DNA of 64,000 nucleotides from assembly GCA_001781125.1 (NCBI GenBank), contig MFKT01000029.1, forward strand, positions 68,040 to 132,039, read 5' to 3'. Positions within the stretch are counted from its first letter, which is position 1. Each line of letters starts with the position of its first letter. The notes beneath the pieces are model-generated. The model was not told the DNA's origin. It saw only the letters and a list, made by a program, of their open reading frames with translations, and ran no database searches. Source of the stretch: Candidatus Kaiserbacteria bacterium RIFCSPHIGHO2_01_FULL_53_29. Lineage in GTDB: Bacteria > Patescibacteriota > Minisyncoccia > Phycocordibacterales > UBA2100. The position numbers were made by a program, and so were the translations under genes. Shown in pieces: positions 48,285 to 57,309 of the stretch.

Positions 48285-49514
48285 TTATTTCCGCCTTGCC
48301 GCTCCAGCAGGTCTCTCATATACAGCCGAGAGTGTGCGTTGTAGTTGCTTGGCTATTTTGCCTATGCCTTTTACAGACTCCAACCCTCCTGCAACTCGTA
48401 TGTATCCTCCACACCTTGGGGAATACGAGACGCTCGTACGCTCAAATCCAAAGCTTTCCGCAATAAAGGTGCCTTTAAAAGCGCCCTCCTCTTCCAATGC
48501 GTAAAATAGCTCCTCCGTCGTGCAAAAAGAATTTTTTAGGGTTGAGATAAAAAACACCGGAGCAATACCGTCACGGTACTTTTTTTGCACATACGTACGA
48601 TTGTCGTGCTGCGGGAGTGTGGGATAACCGACCGTGAATACGTTGTCGCTTCCCTGCGTCTCATTGCAGGCTTCTGCGAGGAATTTGGTGTTCTGCATTG
48701 TGAGCGTATTTCTCCTATCGAACTGTGTTTTTGTGCGGGGAAGCAATTGTTCGAAGCGTTCTATGAGAGACGGACCCGGTGTCGCCCCGCTGCGTTTCCG
48801 TTTCGTTAACAATTTTTGCAAAAGATCGTCACGATACGTAAATAATATTCCCCCCAAGTCCTGATTGAACAGGTAAAATTTTGTAGCGCTCTCAAGCGCA
48901 ACAACTTTCAACGGAGAACGTTTCAGGTAAGGAGCCAGAGAAATGATCGAGCTTGTAGGAAGCGTGTTATCCACGAGTATCAAGGGATCGATCTTTCGCA
49001 GAATCGGTAACGACAAAAATCGCTCTATATCTAAGACCGGCATGTCGGGGCCGTTTCCCACGGTTTCCAAAAAGATAACCTTTATGCGCTCTTTCGAATA
49101 TCGGGCAACAGTCTGTTTGAGCACTGATGCAAGGGCACTGCTGTCCCCTACGTTCACTTCAATCGGGATTACCCCTCTTTCCCGCAGATCTATATTGAGG
49201 TAGTTATAAATCTGTCCGTACTCGACCGTTCCGTGAATGACCACATCGCCCCGCGTCAATGCTGCAGTGTCCAGCGCAGTAATGAATGCTGACATGCCGG
49301 AAGTGGTAAGTGCGAGGTGCCCCTTGTCTACGCCGGTCAATTTTGCGACGGCATTTTCGAGATCCGCAAGCCGTGATGAGCCGCCGCGAAAGTAGAATGT
49401 GTCATGCCGGTACTTATTTTCGTCCTGCCGCTTATACGCGGGAACAAACTCTCGCGCCGTTCTGTATGCAAATAACGGAGTTTGTCTCTTGCTTTCACGC
49501 CGCGCCTTCTTCAT
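48285..49514 (-). CDS. Divergent Cys/Met metabolism PLP-dependent enzyme
   Basis: YFRGG..LENAVAKL, SGMSAF, FLETVGN, VDNT, ESATKF (PLP Lys), ESFG, IRVAGGLE. Confidence 0.8.
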   Translation of the reverse strand: MKKARRESKRQTPLFAYRTAREFVPAYKRQDENKYRHDTFYFRGGSSRLADLENAVAKLTGVDKGHLALTTSGMSAFITALDTAALTRGDVVIHGTVEYGQIYNYLNIDLRERGVIPIEVNVGDSSALASVLKQTVARYSKERIKVIFLETVGNGPDMPVLDIERFLSLPILRKIDPLILVDNTLPTSSIISLAPYLKRSPLKVVALESATKFYLFNQDLGGILFTYRDDLLQKLLTKRKRSGATPGPSLIERFEQLLPRTKTQFDRRNTLTMQNTKFLAEACNETQGSDNVFTVGYPTLPQHDNRTYVQKKYRDGIAPVFFISTLKNSFCTTEELFYALEEEGAFKGTFIAESFGFERTSVSYSPRCGGYIRVAGGLESVKGIGKIAKQLQRTLSAVYERPAGAARRK

Positions 49515-49540
49515 ATTTCTTTTTTTGGGTCGAATAAACG

Positions 49541-49565
49541 AAAAAACCAGTCCGAGGACTGGTTT
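49541..49565 (-). terminator. Intrinsic terminator (attenuator 3:4 stem) in a 5' leader
   Basis: Minus strand AAACCAGTCC-TC-GGACTGGTTTTTT, ending 26 nt before the start codon at 49514. Confidence 0.85.
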
Positions 49566-49609
49566 GATTGGTTCTCTGGTATTTTGACGTTATCGAGAAG
49601 CAATGCAAA

Positions 49610-49669
49610 TCAGTCCCTTGACTGAGACATCATCATTGCCATCATGCGGTGAGTTACGTTTGCAAGCAT
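49610..49669 (-). CDS. Met-rich leader peptide MLANVTHRMMAMMMSQSRD
   Basis: atg ctt gca aac gta act cac cgc atg atg gca atg atg atg tct cag tca agg gac tga; TGgTATCCT -10 box 8 nt upstream. Confidence 0.75.
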   Translation of the reverse strand: MLANVTHRMMAMMMSQSRD

Positions 49670-49782
49670 ATAAGGGCAGGATACCAACAACTAAAAGCCG
49701 GTCAAGGGTCTGTATGACCCCAAACATGCTCTGTAAACATAAACTGGCTCAAAAGCTACAAATCCTATACGATGGGTCTATC

Positions 49783-50922
49783 ATGAAAGTCCGCACGAAA
49801 TCAGTGCATACCGGCGTCAAGATCGACAAAACGTTCAATTCTGTCATTACGCCTCTGTACCCGACTTCGACTTTCTTTTTTGATAAAATCGGCAAGAACA
49901 AAGGCTTCGACTATACGAGGAGCGGCAATCCCACCCGCGCGGCATTAGAGAAAAATATCGCAGCACAAGAGGGCGGCGTCGACTGTTCGGTAACAGCAAC
50001 CGGCATGTCTGCCATTACTGCGGTCATGTTCTTTTTGAAGCCGGGCGACCACGTTATCGCGAGCAATGATATTTACGGCGGCACCTACCGACTGTTTGAT
50101 GATGTTCTGAAATCCAGAGGCCTTACATTTTCGTTCGTCGACATGCGGAATTTGGAGCGCGTGAAGAGGAGTATCACCTCGAAGACAAAAATGATCTGGA
50201 TCGAAACGCCATCGAATCCGCTCCTGAACATCGTCGACATTAAGGGAATCGTGGCTATCGCAAAGAAGAAAAAGATCCTCACCGTGGCGGACAACACCTT
50301 TCTGTCTCCCTATTTCCAGAAGCCGCTCAAGCTCGGCGTTGATATCGTCGTGCACTCTACCACCAAATACATCAACGGTCACAGCGATGTCGTAGGAGGA
50401 GCTATCGTTTACTCCACGAAAGCCTTGCAAGAGCGCGGTCGCTACCTTGTGAATGCGCTCGGTGTTTCAGGATCACCCTTTGACGCATGGCTTGTTTTGC
50501 GCGGCGTAAAAACCTTGGCTCCGCGCATGGAAATACACCAAAGCAACGCGCTGCTCGTCGCGCAATATTTAGAAGGACACCCCAACGCCAAGAAGGTTTA
50601 TTATCCAGGGCTCGCAAGTCACCCGCAGCAGGATCTCATCAGGAAACAGATGACCGGTTTCGGCGGCATGCTCACCTTCGAACTGAACACCAAAAAGGTA
50701 TCTCTCGACGGATTTTTGAAGAAAATGAAAGTCTTTACGCTTGCGGAGTCGCTCGGCGGAGTGGAATCACTCGTCGAGATACCCTGGTACATGAGCCATG
50801 CGTCAATGGGTGCGGCAGGTCTCAAAGCTTCCGGTATTACTCGTGAAATGGTCCGGGTATCCGTCGGGATCGAAGATGCCGAAGATCTTATCGCGGATCT
50901 GGGCCAAGCCTTAAAGGCGTGA
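49783..50922 (+). CDS. Cystathionine gamma-synthase/lyase family (MetB/MccB-like)
   Basis: YTRSGNPTR, GMSAI, YGGT, WIETPSNP, DNTF, HSTTKYINGHSD, AESLGGVESL, RVSVGIE. Confidence 0.92.
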   Translation: MKVRTKSVHTGVKIDKTFNSVITPLYPTSTFFFDKIGKNKGFDYTRSGNPTRAALEKNIAAQEGGVDCSVTATGMSAITAVMFFLKPGDHVIASNDIYGGTYRLFDDVLKSRGLTFSFVDMRNLERVKRSITSKTKMIWIETPSNPLLNIVDIKGIVAIAKKKKILTVADNTFLSPYFQKPLKLGVDIVVHSTTKYINGHSDVVGGAIVYSTKALQERGRYLVNALGVSGSPFDAWLVLRGVKTLAPRMEIHQSNALLVAQYLEGHPNAKKVYYPGLASHPQQDLIRKQMTGFGGMLTFELNTKKVSLDGFLKKMKVFTLAESLGGVESLVEIPWYMSHASMGAAGLKASGITREMVRVSVGIEDAEDLIADLGQALKA

Positions 50923-50955
50923 AATATTGTGCGACGTATGCGGTACAATTGAGTG

Positions 50956-51945
50956 ATGGCGGGCGATCTCAAATCCCTCAAAACGCAATTCCTCGAATAC
51001 ATCGAGATAGAAAAAGGGCGCAGTGTAAAGACGGTCGAGAATTACGACCGGTATCTGCGGCGATTCTTGGATTATGCGTCCGCCAAAGGCGGATCCGCCT
51101 CCGGCGGAAAAGTTTTAATGCCGAGCCAGATAACCGAGCAAATGGTGCGTGAATTTCGCATCACTTTGAATCGTTCAAGCGGGGTATCCGGCACGATGAA
51201 GAAGAATACGCAGAATTATCACCTCATCGCGCTGCGCGCTTTTCTCAAATTCCTCCGTAAGCGTGATATTGAGTCTCTGAATCCGGAGCGAATCGAGCTT
51301 GCAAAAACGAGTGGGCGCGATCTGGATTTGATTACCAGTGCAGAACTTGATCGTTTGATGGCGGCCCCCTCCTCCGCTAAAGCTTCGGAGGGCAAGGATG
51401 AGCTCGCGGCGTTGCGCGACCGCGCGATATTAGAGTTATTATTCTCAACCGGCTTACGCGTCTCAGAATTGTGCGGGCTGAATCAGGATATCGATCTCTC
51501 GCGCGATGAATTTTCCGTGCGCGGCAAGGGGGAGAAAGTGCGGGTCGTATTTCTCTCCCCTTCCGCCAAAAAAGCGGTTGCGGAGTATATCAAAAGACGC
51601 GGGGACATGTCGGAAGCCTTGTTCGTCAGCTATGGTCGAGTTGGAATAAAGAAATCGGCCCAAGGCCGATCCGCCTCGGGCGGAGATCTTCCACGCATCA
51701 CTGCCCGCTCGATCGAGCGATTGGTAAAACAGTACGCGATCAATGCCGGCATCACACGAAAGGTCACCCCGCACGTGATCAGGCATAGTTTTGCGACCGA
51801 CTTACTCGAGAATGGAGCCGACCTGCGCTCGGTGCAAGCGCTTCTAGGGCATGCAAATATCGCAACGACACAGGTCTATACACACGTCACCGACAAACAC
51901 CTAAAAGAAATACACAAAGCTTTCCACGGAAAGAGAAGGGCATAG
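50956..51945 (+). CDS. XerC/XerD-like tyrosine recombinase
   Basis: RDRAILELLFSTGLRVSEL, GKGEK, TPHVIRHSFATDLL, LLGH, TTQVYTHV. Confidence 0.93.
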   Translation: MAGDLKSLKTQFLEYIEIEKGRSVKTVENYDRYLRRFLDYASAKGGSASGGKVLMPSQITEQMVREFRITLNRSSGVSGTMKKNTQNYHLIALRAFLKFLRKRDIESLNPERIELAKTSGRDLDLITSAELDRLMAAPSSAKASEGKDELAALRDRAILELLFSTGLRVSELCGLNQDIDLSRDEFSVRGKGEKVRVVFLSPSAKKAVAEYIKRRGDMSEALFVSYGRVGIKKSAQGRSASGGDLPRITARSIERLVKQYAINAGITRKVTPHVIRHSFATDLLENGADLRSVQALLGHANIATTQVYTHVTDKHLKEIHKAFHGKRRA

Positions 51946-51957
51946 GCTTTTCACGCC

Positions 51958-51992
51958 TGCCCCGTAGTCAGCTCTGCTGTACTGCGGGGGCA
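51958..51992. repeat. CCCCGTAGT-family hairpin
   Basis: tgccccgtagtcagc-tct-gctgtactgcgggggca. Confidence 0.7.
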
Positions 51993-52007
51993 AACGCCGG
52001 AAGTGAT

Positions 52008-52220
52008 CTACCGCGCGAGGCGCAGAGCAATGTGGCGCGGGTAGCGGGAGATATGGACGATATTGGGGTAACGCGGCGCCTCTGCCTTGCGCGGGGTGAG
52101 GACGCGGAATGCACCGGCATGATCGTGCCTGACCGCGTTGAACGTATTCCACTCGCGCGCGCCTTGTTCGCGCGGCGAGGCGAACAAATACATCTGATTT
52201 TGTGAGATAGGATTTTTCAT
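52008..52220 (-). CDS. Possible small hypothetical protein
   Basis: 70-aa ORF filling the gap; no recognisable motif. Confidence 0.35.
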   Translation of the reverse strand: MKNPISQNQMYLFASPREQGAREWNTFNAVRHDHAGAFRVLTPRKAEAPRYPNIVHISRYPRHIALRLAR

Positions 52221-52306
52221 ATTTTTTAAGGCAACCTGCCTATGACCTGTAAGACGTGCTACTTCCCTGCGCATTACATTATCTATTAGGCCCCATGATG
52301 TTTGTG

Positions 52307-52380
52307 TGAACCCCGTTAGAAATCGCGCCCGCGCTTGCGCGCCCGAAGGGCCTCGGGCGGGCTATTTCTAACGGGGTGAA
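52307..52380. mobile_element. MITE-like element (copy 3)
   Basis: TGAA-CCCCGTTAGAAAT...ATTTCTAACGGGG-TGAA. Confidence 0.75.
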
Positions 52381-52402
52381 ACGCACATGGTATCGTATTC
52401 AG

Positions 52403-53200
52403 GTGAAACTCATCTCATGGAATGTGAACGGCATTCGAAGTGTGCATAAAAAAGGCGCGCTTGTCCCATTTCTCGAAAAGATGAAACCCGATATCGTATG
52501 CTTCCAAGAGACGAAGGCAGAGGAGCATCAATCAGAGGTTGATTTGCCGGATTACGAGGAATACTGGAACTCCTCTAAGGGCCGCAAAGGCTACGCGGGT
52601 ACAGCGATTTTCTCTAAACCGAAGCCTTTGAGCCTTATTTTCGGATTTCCGGAGGAAATACTGGAGAAATATAAGCTCAATGATGGATACGGGGATCCGA
52701 ATGAAGAGGGTCGTGTTATTTCAGCTGAATTCGAAGACTTTTGGGTGGTCAATGTGTATACCCCGAATGCGAAGCCCGATTTGAGCCGTCTTCCGCTTCG
52801 TCACAAGCTCTGGGACCCAGCGTTTCTGGCCTTTTTGAAGCATCTTGAGAAGGGAAAGCCTGTTATTTTCTGTGGCGACTTGAATGTAGCGCACACGCCG
52901 GATGATCTGGCGAACCCAAATGCCAATGAAGGCGAGCATGGTTTTACCAAAGAGGAACGGGAAGGCATCGATACGCTCATTGCTGCCGGATTCGTGGATG
53001 CTTTCCGACTTTTTACAAAAGGCGGTGGCCATTACACCTGGTGGACTCACTTTGCCAACGCCAGAGCGCGGAATGTCGGTTGGCGCATCGATTATTTCTT
53101 TGTGAGCAAGAGTCTCGTGCCAAGGGTCCGCTCGGTCAAGATCTACCCTGACGTAATGGGCTCTGATCATTGTCCTGTGTCATTAGAGCTTGATTTCTAG
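52403..53200 (+). CDS. xth: Exodeoxyribonuclease III / AP endonuclease
   Basis: KLISWNVNGIR, QETK, KGYAG, VYTPN, CGDLNVAH, GWRIDYF, GSDHCP. Confidence 0.95.
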   Translation: MKLISWNVNGIRSVHKKGALVPFLEKMKPDIVCFQETKAEEHQSEVDLPDYEEYWNSSKGRKGYAGTAIFSKPKPLSLIFGFPEEILEKYKLNDGYGDPNEEGRVISAEFEDFWVVNVYTPNAKPDLSRLPLRHKLWDPAFLAFLKHLEKGKPVIFCGDLNVAHTPDDLANPNANEGEHGFTKEEREGIDTLIAAGFVDAFRLFTKGGGHYTWWTHFANARARNVGWRIDYFFVSKSLVPRVRSVKIYPDVMGSDHCPVSLELDF

Positions 53201-53432
53201 GCCTTTTTTAAAGGACATACGAGTTCCCTTAGTTATCAACAGCATGTCCTTTACAGTGTCCGATACAGGCGTATTCTTATCGATGGCCGCTCTTTGACTC
53301 AAAGTCGTCCTAAATCCCATCTGGGACGTGTACAAAATTCCATAGCTACTAAATATTACGGCGACCTCTGTCGTCGATTGGATGCCCTGGTAATTTTTGT
53401 CGAGATCTAGTTTGGGTACGACACGAGTCGTA

Positions 53433-53494
53433 TAAAGGCCGCTCACAGCGGCGGGTTCAAGAGAGAAAAGACCCGCCTAGTGAGCGGCTTTTTC
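53433..53494. terminator. Compound bidirectional terminator hairpin
   Basis: aaaggccgctcac ... gtgagcggcttttt enclosing an inner ggcgggt/acccgcc stem. Confidence 0.65.
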
Positions 53495-53506
53495 TATGTT
53501 TCGAAT

Positions 53507-54973
53507 TCAACTGACGTGGTGTTTGTCGCGCAATTTTTGAACAGCAGCTTCGTCTTCTTCTTCCCGCCGGTCTTTTCCCGCTTCTCCCAATTTTTTCAGC
53601 TCGGCTTCCGGAAGTACCATAAGTTCGTCAGTTCTTTTTTCCAGATATTCTTCGGTGTTTTTTTGCGGATCGTCCAGCACCTCTTCGAGGAGTGCGTGCA
53701 ATATCCAGCCGATGCGGGGACCGGGTTTTTCACCAATCTCGATAATCTTTGCGCCATCGATCTTGAGCATTGAGACGGAAACAGGGTCGCGCATGGCCTC
53801 ATCCACCATCGACATGTATTTGCGCAAGCGGAACGGATGCGCCTTGGGCCGGCCGGTGCCTATCCTGTCGCACACGCGCAAATTGAGAAGATCGGTGATG
53901 TTCTCTTTTCCCACCCGCGAGATGACACGGCGCACGGCCGAGAGCGTTATCACATCGGGATCGGAGAAAAACATGTGCAGGCGCACGAGTGTCGTTACTT
54001 TTTCGATCGTTTCTTTCGGAAATCGCAGATCATTCAGGATTTTTTTCGCCATGCGCGCGCTCACGACATCGTGCCCGTAGAAGGTCCAATCTTTTTTCTC
54101 ATCCGACCATACACGCGTCGCGGGCTTCCCCACATCGTGCAACAGCGCGGCGAGGCGCACGTCGAGTGGCCATTTTTTGTCGGCTGCGTGCTGAAGGCTT
54201 CGCATCAAGTGCTCGAAGACATCAAATGAGTGCGCCTGATTTTGCGCGCAGCCGATGCCCTCCTCAAGTTCGGGGATGACATACTTCAAAATGCCGAGCT
54301 TCTGAGCTACATACAGAGCCTGCATCGGCCGATCACTTTCGAGAATGCGTACGAGCTCATCGCGCACGCGCTCACGCGAGATTTTCGCGAGTTGCACCGC
54401 CTGCGCGGCAATTCCTTCAGCGGTCTTCGCTTCGAGCACAAAATCAAGTTCGGCTGCGATGCGCACGGCGCGAAGCATGCGCAGTGCATCTTCTTCGAAT
54501 CGCTCCTGCGGATCGCCGACCGTCTTCACGCGCTTTGCTGCGAGGTCATCTTTGCCCCCGTGCTCGTCGACGAGCTCGCCTTTTGCCGGATCGTACGCTA
54601 TCGCGTTAATGGTGAAATCGCGGCGCTTCAGATCCTCCGAAAGTTTGTCGCTGAATTTCACTTCATCCGGATGCCGCGCGTTGGAGTACTTCCCTTCGAT
54701 GCGATATGGCGTTATTTCGATCACTTTCAATCGCGGATTTTCCGACTGCGTAACGACGCCGACGGTGCCGAAATCGTTCTCATAAAATGTTTCTTCAAAA
54801 AGTTTCTGAATTTCATCGGGCTTGGCATTGGTCGTGATGTCCCAGTCCTTCGGCTCGCGACCAAGTATCAAATCGCGCACGCATCCGCCGACGAGATACG
54901 CCTCAAACCCGGCTTTCCGCAACGTGTCGTGGAGTGCGAGAACTTCCGGCGGTACCGCAAGCTTTATTTCCAT
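53507..54973 (-). CDS. cca: tRNA nucleotidyltransferase / poly(A) polymerase family with HD domain
   Basis: YLVGGCVRD, DWDITT, DLKRRDFTINA, EDALRMLRAVR, ERVRDE, LLHDVGK. Confidence 0.9.
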   Translation of the reverse strand: MEIKLAVPPEVLALHDTLRKAGFEAYLVGGCVRDLILGREPKDWDITTNAKPDEIQKLFEETFYENDFGTVGVVTQSENPRLKVIEITPYRIEGKYSNARHPDEVKFSDKLSEDLKRRDFTINAIAYDPAKGELVDEHGGKDDLAAKRVKTVGDPQERFEEDALRMLRAVRIAAELDFVLEAKTAEGIAAQAVQLAKISRERVRDELVRILESDRPMQALYVAQKLGILKYVIPELEEGIGCAQNQAHSFDVFEHLMRSLQHAADKKWPLDVRLAALLHDVGKPATRVWSDEKKDWTFYGHDVVSARMAKKILNDLRFPKETIEKVTTLVRLHMFFSDPDVITLSAVRRVISRVGKENITDLLNLRVCDRIGTGRPKAHPFRLRKYMSMVDEAMRDPVSVSMLKIDGAKIIEIGEKPGPRIGWILHALLEEVLDDPQKNTEEYLEKRTDELMVLPEAELKKLGEAGKDRREEEDEAAVQKLRDKHHVS

Positions 54974-55022
54974 ATCGCTCATTGTAGTGCATTATAGGCG
55001 TTACGCCTGCATGCGCAGACAG

Positions 55023-55094
55023 GCTCCCGTGGTGAAACGGATATCACATCAGTCTTCGGAACTGACGTTCCAGGTTCGAATCCTGGCGGGAGCA
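55023..55094 (+). tRNA. tRNA-Arg (TCG)
   Basis: GCTCCCG/CGGGAGC acceptor stem, tcagt-CTTCGGA-actga anticodon arm, GTTCGAATC T loop. Confidence 0.93.
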
Positions 55095-55143
55095 CCGAAC
55101 GTTTTGTGCCGTACACTTCGAAGCTCCTTTAGGAGCGAAGTAG

Positions 55144-55214
55144 TGCGGGTATGGAGAATCGAACTCCAGCTTTGACATTGGCAATGTCATGTTCTACCAC
55201 TAAACTACACCCGC
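55144..55214 (-). tRNA. tRNA-Gly (GCC)
   Basis: GCGGGTG/TACCCGC acceptor stem, tgaca-TTGCCAA-tgtca, GTTCGATTC. Confidence 0.93.
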
Positions 55215-55901
55215 AACGTGCCCTATACTCGCATAATATTTCCTGCTCATCAACTCGTGGGGCATTAGTCGCAGCCACTCCAGAATTTTCTCCTTGAAAT
55301 AGGTACTTAAGACAAAAATGCTGCAAACCCCATACGAAAGCTTTCTTGTTTTGTGTCGACCTCGGATAGTGACACATTTATGAAAATTCTGAATTTTTAT
55401 GTTTGATCGTGTCGACCAGTACTCTCGACATCCCTCCGGATCCAAATCTGGATAAATCAACACCGAAGCTCCTATCCTCTCTGACGGAACTCGGCAAGCA
55501 TTTTTCAGAAAAAACACAAACAGTCGTATGAGTTCAGGATCTGTATTAGCGAGTCGGACCTGACCGCGTGTGCGTTTATCACCCTCTCCCCAATAGAGCA
55601 TTACTCCGGCAATGAAGAGAGGGTTGTATTTCAATGCCCCGAACTCGACTCGAGCTTCCCGCCGCGCTTGTGCGTACGCTCGGGCGAGACGCTTCCCCCG
55701 TATCGCGTCAAGCGCGATCATGTGATGGGTACTCTCGACCTGCGCCGTGCGGGCGAGTTCGGCCTTCAGTTTTCTGGACCAATTGACCTTTGAAAACCAG
55801 TCGGAGAGCGTTGCTCTTGGAATTTGCAGTTCCGCCATTATCTTCCGATAGCTCTTTCCGGACTTGCGCAGTTTAAAAGCGGCTCTCTTATCCTCGCGCA
55901 T
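55200..55901 (-). CDS. HTH + LAGLIDADG-like protein ending inside tRNA-Gly(GCC)
   Basis: LRKSGKSYRKI..IPRATLSDW HTH; GVMLYWGEG..LANTDPELIRLF; stop TAG lies within the tRNA. Confidence 0.75.
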   Translation of the reverse strand: MREDKRAAFKLRKSGKSYRKIMAELQIPRATLSDWFSKVNWSRKLKAELARTAQVESTHHMIALDAIRGKRLARAYAQARREARVEFGALKYNPLFIAGVMLYWGEGDKRTRGQVRLANTDPELIRLFVFFLKNACRVPSERIGASVLIYPDLDPEGCREYWSTRSNIKIQNFHKCVTIRGRHKTRKLSYGVCSIFVLSTYFKEKILEWLRLMPHELMSRKYYASIGHVAGVV

Positions 55902-55972
55902 TGCTACAGGATACCACGGGGGTTCGATTCCTGTTATCCACCGCGTGCGGATGGTACCAGCAAGGGGCTGGC

Positions 55973-56983
55973 CTAGAGATTCGAATCCTGAATGAGGAGG
56001 AGCTGGGTTACCCGCGGATGATTCCAGAATGCCGCGAGGAGCCCCAGGACCGCGATCAGGAAGGCAACAAGGGGCATCCAGAGGGCTGCGCGGCACGATA
56101 CCGAGAAGTACCAGAATCCGAGGAGAAGAAGCAGGAGAACGAGGATTATCGTCGCAATACGCTCGGGCGTCCGTGCCCACGGGACAGACATCGGGAATTC
56201 GGCCCAGAGAGCCGCGCCCACGATGAGTGCGTAAAGGACAAGAAGGATGAGCCACAGACGGTAGGCGCTGGCATCAGAGGCGCAGATGCTCTTGAACGTG
56301 TTCTGCATAGTGCCGACGACGGAAGAGGTCGGTGTGGCGCTTACCGTCTCCGCCTCTTGCGAAGACGAGGCTGAAGACAGCGTGTCCGAGTCGGTCGCGG
56401 TCGTGTCGGAGGTCGGCGTAGTATTATCGGAGCCGGACGTGTTGGAAAAATTCGAGTAGGTACTCCCGCTATACGTTACCGGAGTCGCAGGAGGTGTTTG
56501 CGTGATCGGAGAGCTTCCCCCACCAATCGGTCCCGAGCCGACGCTCATCGATACAACAGCTGCGCACACCGGCTGGCCCGTGCGAGCCGAGAACAGCGTC
56601 ACCCGCAGTGGCAGCGTGCCCCTGATGGGGGTCGTAGCGATATCCACGTGCACACGAACAACACCAGAAGCCTCTACGCGGCGCGTCATTAGGACAAACG
56701 GGAGGGGCGTGTTCCCTACCGATCCCAAAAGTGCTACGTACGAGGCATCCGGAATCGTGAATTCGAAGGAATGGAGGGCCCCATTGTAGATATACGGCGT
56801 GAAATCTTTGGCAGATAGAGCGGCACAGGTGTTGGACCCAGGCGGCAGAACCTGCTGCGTCTGCGTCGGGATCTCAAGCGCGGAGACCTTCATAGGGAAA
56901 GCACTCAAAGAAACAAAAAGAGCACTCGTCGCGAGAACAAGAAGGAGCAGTTGATAAGTCGCACTTCGCACGCTGTCTTTCAT
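55973..56983 (-). CDS. Hypothetical exported protein with S/T linker and three C-terminal TMs
   Basis: Signal peptide, low-complexity linker, hydrophobic C-terminus. Confidence 0.7.
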   Translation of the reverse strand: MKDSVRSATYQLLLLVLATSALFVSLSAFPMKVSALEIPTQTQQVLPPGSNTCAALSAKDFTPYIYNGALHSFEFTIPDASYVALLGSVGNTPLPFVLMTRRVEASGVVRVHVDIATTPIRGTLPLRVTLFSARTGQPVCAAVVSMSVGSGPIGGGSSPITQTPPATPVTYSGSTYSNFSNTSGSDNTTPTSDTTATDSDTLSSASSSQEAETVSATPTSSVVGTMQNTFKSICASDASAYRLWLILLVLYALIVGAALWAEFPMSVPWARTPERIATIILVLLLLLLGFWYFSVSCRAALWMPLVAFLIAVLGLLAAFWNHPRVTQLLLIQDSNL

Positions 56984-57169
56984 ATGGGGCCAAACTAGTC
57001 TATAGGTGGCGTTGTCGTCAAGGAAAATGCGTGTTGTAAACAGGCATTTTAGAAAGTGGTTGAGCCATAAAATTCTAAAGGACAAACAATCTGCATGCCT
57101 CGCCTACACTGTCAAGATCGGTAGTGCCGGAAAAAAGCACAGAAGACAAAGATCTTTTAAAGCACAAAC

Positions 57170-57198
57170 TGTGGACAACTCTGTGGACATGTGGATAA
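57170..57198. promoter_or_regulatory. Cluster of three DnaA-box-like sites
   Basis: TGTGGACAA, TGTGGACAT and the perfect TGTGGATAA in tandem. Confidence 0.5.
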
Positions 57199-57309
57199 AG
57201 GACAAGCTGAAGATGAAGAGATGTCCGTTCGGATTCTTCAAAGTGAGCTTTTGAGCCATATTTCTTTATATTACGTTATGAACAGTAATGGACTGTGTCC
57301 TCAAAAGTA

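Noticed and set aside
49515..49700. SAM riboswitch or T-box upstream of the Met-related genes
   Set aside because: No SAM-I core motifs or T-box UGGNACC bulge are visible; the leader-peptide model explains the stems better.
50956..51945. Prophage or integron integrase
   Set aside because: Sequence and context fit a housekeeping XerC/D; no IntI-specific insertion, cassette array or phage genes are adjacent.
53183..53446. 87-aa minus-strand ORF between xth and cca
   Set aside because: It starts inside a terminator stem, overlaps the xth end and has no recognisable motif.
55905..55945. tRNA remnant suggested by GGTTCGATTCC
   Set aside because: No acceptor or anticodon arm can be built; the segment overlaps the promoter of the 55901 gene.
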